From contig JAVECL010000197.1 in the NCBI GenBank assembly GCA_051942245.1, forward strand, positions 1 to 37,026: a stretch of 37,026 nt of DNA, written 5' to 3'. Shown in pieces: positions 1 to 9,605 of the stretch (positions within the stretch are counted from its first letter, which is position 1; every line of letters starts with the position of its first letter). The notes below the pieces were generated by a model. The model had not been told where the DNA came from. It saw only the letters and a list, made by a program, of their open reading frames with translations, and ran no database searches. The DNA is from Trypethelium eluteriae. Its lineage: Eukaryota. The translations under genes were made by a program, and so were the position numbers.

Positions 1-721
1 ACCCCGTCCCTCTTTTCGCCCTCACCACCGCCTCCCATATCCCCTTTCCCACTATACACACCGACTCGGGCCTCCACAGCCGCATCTTCGCCTCCAGCAC
101 CCACGCTCCGTCCTCCATCTCCTTTTTGCTCAGCTGCGCCGCGTCCTTGCTCGGACGCTCGACGATATTCGTGTTCCCCATCGCGTACAGCCGCGGCATA
201 TCGACATCCTCCGAGGGATCGCAGCGTCGGTCGGTCAGGCCCGAGGTGTGCAGCAGCCTCCAGAAGAGGTTGGACGGGTGGGCGTAGGCGTGGCCGGCGG
301 TGGCGGTGCGGATGCCCGGGTTCGTGCCGATGAAGATGCAAATCAGCTGCGGCGTGAAGATATCCTTGAGTTTGGGGAGGTGGGCGTAGGTGGAAGGACC
401 CGCGTATTTAGAGGATTTGCGGCGTTTTTGGAGGGAAGAGGGGGAGCGGTCGGAGGGAGAGGCATCGCGAGGGCGTTTGAGAGGAGGGTCTTTCGGCGAG
501 TGAGTTCCGTTTACGATAGAGGGCGACTGGGCGACGCGACGTTCACGGTTTTGGGAGGATGCAACCGTGGTCCGGTATAGGAATCGATCGAGAGGACCTT
601 TGAAACTCGACTGCTGGACTGAGTCGTCCACTGCTGCTCCTTCTCTGGCATCACGAGCTACCTGACCGCCCTTATTGATGTCTTTCTTTTCTCTTGTGAC
701 AGAGGACCTTGTTTGCGGCAT
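1..721 (-). CDS. TDG: G/U mismatch-specific (thymine/uracil) DNA glycosylase, TDG/MUG family; 3' end runs off the window
   Basis: Open frame from ATG at 721 (MPQTRSS...) to base 1, absent from the ORF track because there is no stop. Translation includes LICIFIGTNPG (family motif GxNPG), GHAYAHPSNLFWRLLHTSGLT, GNTNIVERPS and VCIVGKGIWE. Confidence 0.92.
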   Translation of the reverse strand, partial: MPQTRSSVTREKKDINKGGQVARDAREGAAVDDSVQQSSFKGPLDRFLYRTTVASSQNRERRVAQSPSIVNGTHSPKDPPLKRPRDASPSDRSPSSLQKRRKSSKYAGPSTYAHLPKLKDIFTPQLICIFIGTNPGIRTATAGHAYAHPSNLFWRLLHTSGLTDRRCDPSEDVDMPRLYAMGNTNIVERPSKDAAQLSKKEMEDGAWVLEAKMRLWRPESVCIVGKGIWEAVVRAKRGTG

Positions 722-1102
722 TGTAGCTTCTTGTAGAGACAGGCGTTTGCAAGGAACGTAAAGTACGATTCACTAGTATTGCCGACGTGCCCTCGCTCTG
801 GGAAAGGTCACGATGACTGCTTAAACCCGGCCCTTATCAGCAAGCCAGGTTTTGGATATTTCATTCAGGTAGCGGCTGGCTTGAATTAGCTATGAATCAT
901 CTTGAACCTCGAAATAATATTTAAGTCTGACTGAACCCTGGGTTTACCGGGATCATTAGCACAGCAAACTTAGCGTCATTGGAGTTTGGATACGCGTCGA
1001 CCCCTACCCTGTTATGGTGCTATGGTGCTATGGTGGTGGCGCCGCCCCCTGCCAACTGGCCATCCTCACCGGTAATCACCATCCGCCTAAGAAGTCGCGG
1101 AA

Positions 1103-1308
1103 GGGTGCTTTTTTGACACACGTACGAACAATAAATAACAATAGAAGAACGAAATGGTTTCGAAGTGGGTTGAATGTATGTACAATAGCCACTGTAAAAG
1201 GCCATGCGGAATTTGTAGTGCAAATGGGTAATCAAGCCAGTATTAAATCACGAAATTGGATGGAAGGAGAGGTCTTGCGGTGTGGTGGTCCGTGTCAAAA
1301 ACGGTCAC
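1103..1308. mobile_element. MITE-like ~210 bp element, copy 1
   Basis: Inverted ends TTTTTGACAC (1110-1119) and GTGTCAAAAA (1292-1301). 1161-1308 aligns without gaps to 1521-1668 at 106/148 identities (hand count). Non-coding. Confidence 0.55.
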
Positions 1309-1329
1309 TTAAGGTTTTTACCTAGTACG

Positions 1330-1445
1330 CCTAGTCGGACGGTGAGCAATCCACCGATTCCTCTTGAAACCCTGCTACCTAGTTCACAGCAATTTTAGCG
1401 TTGCTGGAGCAGGGAACACGACACTACGCTCTACGTCCGACTAGG
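1330..1445. repeat. 116 bp segment bounded by a perfect 12 bp inverted repeat
   Basis: CCTAGTCGGACG (1330-1341) and CGTCCGACTAGG (1434-1445) are exact reverse complements and enclose the motif copy at 1385. Confidence 0.7.
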
Positions 1446-1447
1446 AG

Positions 1448-1668
1448 GTGTCCGATTTAGACACACTGATCAATAACAAATAACAACAACAACCTAAGCG
1501 TGTATAGGAGGAAGTGAATCAAAAGTAGATTCAGTATATGTCCAATAGCTACTGAAAGAGGCTGCACAAAATTCGCAGAGCGTATGGCTAAATGAGTAAA
1601 TATTGAAGCACCAAATTGGTTGAGACGAGAGGTTCTGGGGTGTAGTGGTCCGTTTCAAAAACGGACAC
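1448..1668. mobile_element. MITE-like ~220 bp element, copy 2
   Basis: GTGTCCGATTTAGACAC (1448-1464) matches the reverse complement of 1652-1668 (GTGTCCGTTTTTGAAAC) at 14/17. The body is homologous to copy 1 at an offset of exactly 360 bp. Confidence 0.6.
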
Positions 1669-2126
1669 AGCAATTTTAGCGTCGTTGGAGCAGAAATAGG
1701 ACATGGTATGTCCAATAGCATACCAAGGTAACGAGGTACATGCCTGGGTACGTACTCTTATTTCACAGCAAATTTTAGCGTCGTCGGAGCAGGAACGCGA
1801 CATAGCACGTGATTGAGGCTGCGAAGGATTATCACTCTGCAATCTAAACTTAACAGCAAATTGCGTGTCGCTGAAATAGACGACACTATAATGCATTGTT
1901 TATAGAAAATCTCGCGCCTATACGGGATATAGATCAGAGTAGACGACTCTTATCTGGAGCCACTAGATAAAACAAATTCTTAGCATAGATCGATTCATCC
2001 CCCTGCTAAAATATCCACATACCCCATTTAATAATAAAAACTCGGGTTCTCTCTATGGCTAATATGCATGAGCACCTTGGAGATAGATTGCGGGTCCGTC
2101 AAAGGATAAGAGCGAATGGCTAATTC

Positions 2127-5100
2127 TCAAACAGCAATTAAGGCCACCCAACCAATCAATCCCAAAATGCCCATTACCGCAAGTCGTTGGCGGACGAGGT
2201 TAGTTACAGCTGCGCCAGTGCTGGGCTGGGCTGCATTTGCTGTAGCCGAGACTGAAGTGCCCCTGCCTGTGCCTTCGCTCGGGTTGCTTGTAAAGAAAGC
2301 CGCAGTGGACGTTCCGTCTATGATCACTCCCTTTGATGCATCACTAACAGTGTGTCCATCGAAGACTGCGAAAGGGCCTCCAACCGAGAGTGTATGGCCG
2401 CTGACCACGATCGCGCCAGATTTCCCAGATACCTCCGACGCTGTAAGCGTTTCGGGCCCAGCAACAAAGGTGGCTTCGACAATGGGGCCTGAGACGGAGC
2501 CAGACGCCGACAGCGAGTCCTGGGTAAACGAAGCTGTAGTGCTGCTTCCGATGACCAAGCCATTCGATTCTGCGCTGATGGACTGGCCGTCTACAGTGGC
2601 GCCGGGACCACCGACGGCGAGCGTCGAAGAGCCGACAATGATTGCGCCATTGGCCTCGAATGTTGTCACAACGCTTGAGCCAACCGTGAATGTTGCTCCG
2701 CCAGTAGAACTACTGGGCTGAGGAACAGCAGAGTACGCAAAGGTACTTGTGCCAACAACGATGCCTGAGGAGTCCACGCTGACGACTTGCCCTGAGACGG
2801 TCGCGGCAGGACCACCTGCGGTAAGGGTCTGGGAGCCGACTAATATGCTGTCCCCACTTACAGTGTAGGCTTGCGTCCCAACAGTGGCGACAGCTTGAGA
2901 GGCTGCACTGCTCAATTCGGTAGGAGTCGGAGCAGCAGAATATGGAATGGTTGAAGATCCAGCCACTATACCGGACAAGCCCGCACTGATGACTTGACCT
3001 GAGATGGTGGCTGCCGATCCTCCTGCGCTGAGTGTTTGCGAACCGATCGCGATACTGCCTCCACTGGCAGTATAGGCTTGCATACCAATGGTGATGACAG
3101 CTTGAGAGACTGAACTGGCTGGTCCCATGGGAATGGAAGCTGCAGAATATGCAACGGTTGAAGATCCAAGCACAATCCCATTACTGTCTAGGCTGATAGG
3201 CTGTCCATTTGGAAGCGTTGCGCCCTGACTCCCAACGTGCAAAGCGGTGCTTCCCAATGCTAGGCTTGGGGAGGCGGCGTTAACTGTATATGTTTCGGAG
3301 CCAACAATAACAATGGCTTGAGACGACGGCGAAGACTCAGAGTCATCGAAAATCGCTGGAGAAGGAGCGTCGCTCGAGTTTCCGAGTGAACCGAGGCTTG
3401 ATCCATCGTTCGGATTGGCTGGTTTGTTGCTGGATGCAGTTCCAGATGAGATCCCTGGCGACCCGCTATTGGCCGCTCCAGGTGGCTGGTCGGAAGGGTC
3501 GCCGAATAGGATACTGCTTGGACCAGAATTGCTGACGGGGTCCCCAACTGATCCGTCAGACGAACTCTCTGATGAATCTGCCGGTATCCTTGAATTACCT
3601 GGCAAGGGATGACTGCGTGAGTCTGTAGGAGTCGAGGTTCCTGCTAGGCCTGAGGCTGCGCTTGTTTGAGTAATTGATGCATCATTCCAAGACCCAGTCG
3701 AGCCGCGTTCAGATCCTTCAATCGTTGTAGAAGCAGAAGATGGATGATCACCCTTATTTGAGGCGTCGATGACCGATGATCCTTGAGTATCTCCCCCTCC
3801 GACGATTGATATAACACTTCCCCCAGGGTTGGGAGTTGATGCTGGAACCGGGACAGGGGCCGGAGCCTGAGCTGCTGATGAGCTAGAGCCACCACCTCCT
3901 AGTATCGAAGGAAGGATATCTCCCACGACTGGAGCTGAGATAGGCGTTTGGGATGCTGGCTGCGATCGCGAAACAGGAGGGTCACCGCCAGATTGTTGAG
4001 GGTCCCCACTTGCCACCATTGGAGTCGTCACAACCTTTGGATTTCCTCCTGGGTCCTGCGTTGATTCAGATTGTGGCAATGTTGCCGGAGGATCAACTGG
4101 TATGTTTGTATCGGTGGGCCGACTTACCGGTGGGACACCAACAGGAGATGCTGGTATCGTAGGTTGTGGTCTGGCTGATGTGAGCGTTGCTGGTACGGGA
4201 GCAGCAGCTACGGATTGTGCGGTCAATGCGTACGGAGGATCCCAGCCGAATCCAAGCGTGCAGCTGCTCCAAGCTGGCTGCAGTTTCTGTGCTGCACTAC
4301 CGAGCTGGACCAAAGGTGTATAGAAACCGTCGATGATGGTGTCACAAGGAAAGCCTCCCGGTAAGCCACCAGCATCCCAGCCCTTATAGAAGTAGTCTTC
4401 GATGCATTGCTCCCCAGCCGCGCCAAAGTAATAGGATACGGCTGGAGGCCGTCTTCCGAGATCGGCATAGTTGAAGGGCACGACTTGGGTCTTTGTCAAA
4501 AGTGCAAAGGGGTCTTGATATCCACCGGCATTCTGCCATCCTGTTCCTAAGAAAGCATCTGAGTTGCCTCCTTTGGCGATAACTGAGGCAACGCTTGTCA
4601 TTGCCGCTGAATTTCCGTTGATACCTGGAAAAGATAAGATGCCACTTTTGAGGTCTTGTGGAGGAATAGGAAGAATGACGTCAAGCATTGGGCTTCCCCA
4701 AAACCCATCACAGGCATCCCGGCCTGCAATTTCGTTAACGGACAGATAAGCCGTTGGTGAGGTGAAGGTATATACACTCGTAATATTATACTGCGAGTCT
4801 TTCACCTGAAAAGTAGTCGTAGCCGGTGTCTTATTCGCTGGAGCCGTCGAAATTTCTCGATAAGAATCTGGACAGTCCGGACTACCAATTGTCTCAGCGT
4901 CCACAGGCCAGTAAAAAAGACGAGCAACATATCCTTCTAGCCAGCAACCTTGGCAGTTTGCATTTGTCTCTCTGAGTTCTGTTTTGTTACAATGCGGCCA
5001 TGTAATCGGTGTGTCTTGCTCATCCCTCCAATAGTCCAGTATTCCATTCCGAATCTCTTGGCCATAATACGAGGGCGATTCATCCCAAGGATAGAGGGGC

Positions 5101-5705
5101 CCGTTTTCATCCGCATACCATTGTTTGATCAGTCTGCTGCAATCGGAAGCAGATATGGCACACGTCGGCGATGGTTGAGAGAAATTTGTGAGAGTTTTTG
5201 TGACCAAAACAGAGATAGTTGTGTAGGGATGTAGGTTCGCGCTTTTCCATGTCGAAGTCAAGTTCCATATTCCACTTACCCTTGGAATACCACCACAAGT
5301 TGCATACGGGTTAAGGGCGGTGCCAGCTCCCCACGTTGTGACATTGCCAAGGGTCAGGACTGTTGGGCTTGGATAAACGGTCTGGTGGGCGCTAATAAAC
5401 GCAAGAGAAGCACTTGAATAGGAAACCCAGGAAGAAGAACATGCCGATGCATATACGGCACCCGACCCTATCGTTTGATTGCCTCTATGCTCGTGAATCG
5501 TCGTGTACAGACTTGTCTGAGTTGCGTATAGGGTCGTTGTTCTCGTCAGAGATCGATTTCTGGATGAACTAGAAGCCGCTGCGGACAAGGAACTCGTTGA
5601 GGTCGTACCAGCAATACCATCGTTGATGAGACTTCCAATACCGGTCACTTGAGGTTGGCAAAAGCCAGCAGAAAAGAGAAATAATGAAAGAAGTGGTCTT
5701 AGCAT
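2127..5705 (-). CDS. Secreted, probably GPI-anchored Ser/Thr/Pro-rich cell-wall protein (adhesin/mucin-like), 1192 aa, intronless
   Basis: Signal peptide MLRPLLSLFLFSAGFC; Cys/aromatic-rich domain (LFYWP, FTSPTAYLS, WSSC...WDPPYAL); S/P/G-rich stalk; five Gly/Val/Ser repeats; hydrophobic C-tail LAVMGILGLIGWVALIAV preceded by small residues (STGAA). Confidence 0.88.
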   Translation of the reverse strand: MLRPLLSLFLFSAGFCQPQVTGIGSLINDGIAGTTSTSSLSAAASSSSRNRSLTRTTTLYATQTSLYTTIHEHRGNQTIGSGAVYASACSSSWVSYSSASLAFISAHQTVYPSPTVLTLGNVTTWGAGTALNPYATCGGIPRVSGIWNLTSTWKSANLHPYTTISVLVTKTLTNFSQPSPTCAISASDCSRLIKQWYADENGPLYPWDESPSYYGQEIRNGILDYWRDEQDTPITWPHCNKTELRETNANCQGCWLEGYVARLFYWPVDAETIGSPDCPDSYREISTAPANKTPATTTFQVKDSQYNITSVYTFTSPTAYLSVNEIAGRDACDGFWGSPMLDVILPIPPQDLKSGILSFPGINGNSAAMTSVASVIAKGGNSDAFLGTGWQNAGGYQDPFALLTKTQVVPFNYADLGRRPPAVSYYFGAAGEQCIEDYFYKGWDAGGLPGGFPCDTIIDGFYTPLVQLGSAAQKLQPAWSSCTLGFGWDPPYALTAQSVAAAPVPATLTSARPQPTIPASPVGVPPVSRPTDTNIPVDPPATLPQSESTQDPGGNPKVVTTPMVASGDPQQSGGDPPVSRSQPASQTPISAPVVGDILPSILGGGGSSSSAAQAPAPVPVPASTPNPGGSVISIVGGGDTQGSSVIDASNKGDHPSSASTTIEGSERGSTGSWNDASITQTSAASGLAGTSTPTDSRSHPLPGNSRIPADSSESSSDGSVGDPVSNSGPSSILFGDPSDQPPGAANSGSPGISSGTASSNKPANPNDGSSLGSLGNSSDAPSPAIFDDSESSPSSQAIVIVGSETYTVNAASPSLALGSTALHVGSQGATLPNGQPISLDSNGIVLGSSTVAYSAASIPMGPASSVSQAVITIGMQAYTASGGSIAIGSQTLSAGGSAATISGQVISAGLSGIVAGSSTIPYSAAPTPTELSSAASQAVATVGTQAYTVSGDSILVGSQTLTAGGPAATVSGQVVSVDSSGIVVGTSTFAYSAVPQPSSSTGGATFTVGSSVVTTFEANGAIIVGSSTLAVGGPGATVDGQSISAESNGLVIGSSTTASFTQDSLSASGSVSGPIVEATFVAGPETLTASEVSGKSGAIVVSGHTLSVGGPFAVFDGHTVSDASKGVIIDGTSTAAFFTSNPSEGTGRGTSVSATANAAQPSTGAAVTNLVRQRLAVMGILGLIGWVALIAV
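2293..3323 (-). repeat. Five ~60-75 aa protein repeats in the cell-wall protein
   Basis: Units such as SQAVITIGMQAYTASGGSIAIGSQTLSAGGSAATISGQVISAGLSGIVAGSST and SQAVATVGTQAYTVSGDSILVGSQTLTAGGPAATVSGQVVSVDSSGIVVGTST. Confidence 0.85.
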
Positions 5706-7459
5706 CTTGAAACGCCAACCTTCTTCAAGTCATGACAGAAGGATCTGAAAGGTATCAAACCTTTATTGCAAAGGTCCTTGATGCGGTAGTCATGATTCGT
5801 ATGTTTTCGTAGGATTCGCGTAAATTGCGCCAAGTTTTGAAGTCGTAATTTTTCAGAGCCTGATCTTCCGAAGGAGTCCGGAGAGAGCCAAGATCATAGG
5901 ATTCAGCCGTTCAGGATATGACTTGCGTAGGATCGTTACCGTTGTGGCAGAGGCCTAGATTTAGTACGATCAACCATAGACACACCGATAGATGCGTACA
6001 CCGTTAGACGTGCTGCTATCATATTGTGGAACATAAGAGATTACTTCGGCGGTTGCCACTAACCTGCAGAACCAATTGGATCGCGAGTCTGATCAGACTT
6101 TTATCTTTGCACTGTTGCACCAATATAAGCGCCCGGCCACCCTCTGCCCATGAGGCTGAACTGTGCACAAGTTTCTAATTGTAGTATCCGTAAGGCTGGC
6201 CGATAAAATCGTTCCACGGCAACACAGGTGTGGGGAATCGGAGAAAAAACAAAAACAAAAAACAAAACTGCTTATGGCTTAACGCCATTGGCATCGAAAC
6301 GGAGACTAATGCATGTTTAGATGCCTACTTTGAGGGGCGTAACTCCACGTCAACCCCGATACTCACAAAGCATTCGACGGATGCTAATTTGCAGCTTTCG
6401 CTAAGCCAATCATCTTCGATTAGAAGATCTAGGACACATCAAGAAGCGACCTGACGGGTTGGTTTGATCAGACAGGAGGCTTGCACTGGGTCTCAGCCCC
6501 GGGACTCTGAAGCAATCGCATTCCGCTGCGGAATCCCTCAGACGCCCCAACAAAATGGGCTGGCGACACCGCCCGGTACCATCTTTTGCAAATAGCACAA
6601 ACCAATTATGTGCTTTGAGATGAATCCCAGCTCTGTTTTGTTGTTGACTTTGGAATTGTGCTGACGGCATATTTGATCGGTCGCTTACCAAGGAGCCAGA
6701 GAGTACCAGCTGGATTACTATCACCAGTCTTCTCTACTAATGGGAACAAAGTTGAGTATGGGCGAGGGCTTCTGTGAAGGAGGTCCCTTTGTTAGCCCTC
6801 AGCGCGACCCATTTGAGATTTGGTACAACCAAAGTTGCTCTGGCACATGTCTGCTCCACCAGTCTAACGTGAGGAAGGTTGCATTATTGTGCTTCAGGCT
6901 TTAAGTCTGCTGCCCAATTCGGTTCAGCGATGACGTGAAGCTCAAGAAAAAAATATGGCGCCCATGCGATCATTGCCGTTGTTCGACTTGCTGGAGGATT
7001 GATTCTCGGTTTGCAGTTCGTCTATCGCCTTTGGTTGATCGCAGCCAAACCAGTATTCCGAGGAGCACTGTAGGAACCTAACCAAACAATTGCTCAAACA
7101 TCACTTGAGTAACATAGGCCCGATGCTCTCTGAAACTGGATTTGAATCAGTCTTATGGAAGCACTTTGATGAAATAGGACCGGCTCGTGATTCGAAAGGG
7201 AAGGGAAGGCAAAATGCCTGCGTGAACGTGAGTCTCTTTCGAGTGGGCGTCGGTCCATCCGAACTCCGACACCAGCTTCCAGTCCCACGTCACGTCATTG
7301 TAACAGACAACCCCGTGAACCCTCACGTTGTACAAAGTGAGGTGCCAAGCACTCTGGAGCTTGTTCAAGCTCCTTATTGGGAAAGCACCATGTCTTTAAG
7401 CTCTGTAATGACTTATTTGAACTCATCTTCTTCGCCATCCAGTTTGCGATCTTTCTAGG

Positions 7460-8365
7460 ATGGCTAGTCGTTATATTCCACCACACCTTCGCAACAAAGC
7501 TCCAAGTTCCAGCGGGCAGGAAAATACACCACCAGTCCCAAGAAGCTCCAAGCACGTGGAAGATCTATTCACTGCAGGTGAAATTGTCGCTACCTTTTGG
7601 CCCAAAACCTTTGATTTAGAGGAAGAAAGTGATGATCCGCAAAGTGGAGCTTCCAAGAACTCAACTCTTCATGCCTCGGAAGCCGACCCGGACAAATTAA
7701 GCTTCGTCATCCTGTTCAGAGGAGCCAATCCGCGATGGTTTGCCGACAAGGTCATCTACGCCAAGTCGAATCTCGACCTCCTACCCACTCCGCCCGCGAC
7801 TCAGGAAACCCTTCAGTCTCCCGAGAGCACCCAGGCTGAAGAGGTAACCACGGACCCACCTTCCTCTGGGATCCAATCCGAACAACCGCAAGGCTCGGCG
7901 CAGACTGAAGCTTCTACAACACAAAGCGGCACCTCTCTCACGCCACCCATCCCAGTCTTTCAAGAAATTTCTGGCCCTCGCCCTCGCAACATTCGCTTCG
8001 CCGGCTATTATAGCATATCGCATCTTTCCGTCCTTACTCCCCACAGTTCAGAACTTGTGCGCATGCTCGAACAGAAATGGTCCTATACTGACCGTCGTGG
8101 GACGGTGCATTACAAGGAACGAGACGCTGAGTCTTGGGAGAAGAGTCTGGGATTTAAGTGGGCGGTGATGAAGTTCAAGGCCGAGCCCGGGGCAGACGAG
8201 GAGATGGGTGCACCGAGAATTCAAAGGAGGGAGGAAGACGGAGAAAATGGCGGCAAGGCGGGGAAAAGCGTCAATGAAATGCTAAGCGAGCTAAGAACGG
8301 GCGGGAAAGACAAGGTCGAGCAGGAGGGTGACGTGGAAGCTGCAGACGACGAACTGGAACGCTGA
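7460..8365 (+). CDS. Hypothetical protein, 301 aa, with N-terminal RYIPPHLRN motif
   Basis: Single long ATG-initiated ORF with folded-looking blocks (LSFVILFRGANPRW...IYAKSNLDLLP; FAGYYSI...LVRMLEQKW; WEKSLGFKWAVMKF) separated by a P/S/T/E/Q linker. Confidence 0.8.
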   Translation: MASRYIPPHLRNKAPSSSGQENTPPVPRSSKHVEDLFTAGEIVATFWPKTFDLEEESDDPQSGASKNSTLHASEADPDKLSFVILFRGANPRWFADKVIYAKSNLDLLPTPPATQETLQSPESTQAEEVTTDPPSSGIQSEQPQGSAQTEASTTQSGTSLTPPIPVFQEISGPRPRNIRFAGYYSISHLSVLTPHSSELVRMLEQKWSYTDRRGTVHYKERDAESWEKSLGFKWAVMKFKAEPGADEEMGAPRIQRREEDGENGGKAGKSVNEMLSELRTGGKDKVEQEGDVEAADDELER

Positions 8366-8682
8366 TGCAAGAGAAGCAGCTACTGAGGAATGAGAGCATG
8401 AGGCGATGGCCTAGATCAGAAGCCATCTAGTCGATGGAGGAAAACATGTGACATCAATTGGAGCAGAAGCTGACGTTGCTAAAAATAAGAAATAGCGTAA
8501 TCAAAGAAGATCCTACGCGAACGGTCACACTGTTGGCCAGCCGCCTGATTTGCTTTGAAGCATACTCAGTGAGGAAATTAGAGAGCTTGAATTCGAAGTA
8601 AAAATTGGGTCCTCTTATTCGGCTGATTACATTGGATCTCATCTTAGCTCTCCTTGCCGTTTCCTTCGCTTATCGGTCCATT

Positions 8683-9605
8683 CTAACTTTTGGTTACCTG
8701 CTCATATAATGTTAAAAGACAGCCTGCGCGTAACGATATCATCCTTACTGTTCTGGACTGGCATTTTTTCTTGTCCTTGTGGCGCTTCAGGTGGTCCTTA
8801 CGGGGCGTCTTGTAACCGCACGAGCATAAATATCGTTCTGACGGAAATTCTTCTGCGTGACAGGCCCGACAGTGACGCTTGAGAGAACGCTCGTCTTTGA
8901 GGACAGATTGACAGCCTGTTTGTTTGCATGGGAAGGAAATGTGAGTCCTCTTTACGTGCCGCCTGTTGCGATTAGTTCACATGTTCGAGCAACATATTCT
9001 AGCAAATGTGCTTCTTACTTAAGCTGAAGCTCTCCGTTGCAAGTATGCGGGCACAAGTGGCATTTCCGGAGAAATTCGGGCTTTATTTCAAGCCCAGGAG
9101 CATCAATTGGCTTGCATAATGCTACCGCACCTTGACGCTGAGAGCTTTCTGGCAGGCTGCTCGCATTACCCGATGTTTGCCAAATATTTTGAGTAGAGGA
9201 CGAACTACTTGGCACAAGAATGTCCCCTGTATCAAAGGTGTGAGGTGCAGCGAGATCATACTCATGTTTTGCCGGTTCCGGGTAGTCTCCGTTGTGGAAC
9301 TGATCTTCAAGCGTAGAAACTGGATCTATTATGGAAGGGAACCAAAAAGAACTGGAAATGTCGTCAAAATCAAGGTCGTTATGCAGAAAATCAAACTGTT
9401 CGAGATCGAAGCGAACATCAGTTGGATCGGCGAGATATATATCATCTTGCCGATCCAACTGATGTTGTTCAAGACCTCGAACATTTTGATGATCTTTCAA
9501 TGCATCTTTACGGTAAGATGAAATTGTGGTACCGCGGACGGCGCCGCAGGATATTCGGTCTTTCGATTGAAGTGCCCAGTGTTTTTGGTCTGTAGACTGG
9601 AATGG
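8683..9605 (-). CDS. C2H2 zinc-finger protein (3 fingers); 5' end unresolved, possibly a pseudogene
   Basis: Intron 9018-8963 (GTAAGA...CTAAT...CAG) joins CHLCPHTCNGELQLK to RHVKRTH. Then CKQTGCQSVLKDERSLKRHCRACH and C2HC-type CSCGYKTPRKDHLKRHKDKKKC; stop at 8685-8683. No in-frame ATG downstream of the TAG at 9608-9606. Confidence 0.65.

Larger units (their letters stand above)
960..1888 (+). repeat. Cluster A of a dispersed CACAGCAAWTTTAGCGTCGYYGGAG motif (5 direct copies)
   Basis: Copies start at 960 (CACAGCAAACTTAGCGTCATTGGAG), 1385, 1666 and 1764. A degenerate copy at 1853 also shares the ACGACACTA tail of the 1385 copy. Confidence 0.85.

Noticed and set aside
248..580. 110 aa plus-strand ORF
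   Set aside because: Antisense shadow of the TDG/MUG gene.
960..1888. CRISPR-like repeat/spacer array
   Set aside because: Eukaryotic context, irregular spacing (about 90-425 bp), degenerate copies, mixed orientation in the second cluster and no cas genes.
2116..2721. 201 aa plus-strand ORF
   Set aside because: Antisense mirror of the Ser/Thr/Gly-rich repeats of the cell-wall gene.
6243..6268. A-rich (A4-6C)n run
   Set aside because: Ordinary low-complexity microsatellite.
7090..7458. 122 aa plus-strand ORF, and a minus-strand fragment faintly like a phosphotransferase
   Set aside because: TTG start and no intact catalytic motifs (no HxD, no DW); not supportable without a search.
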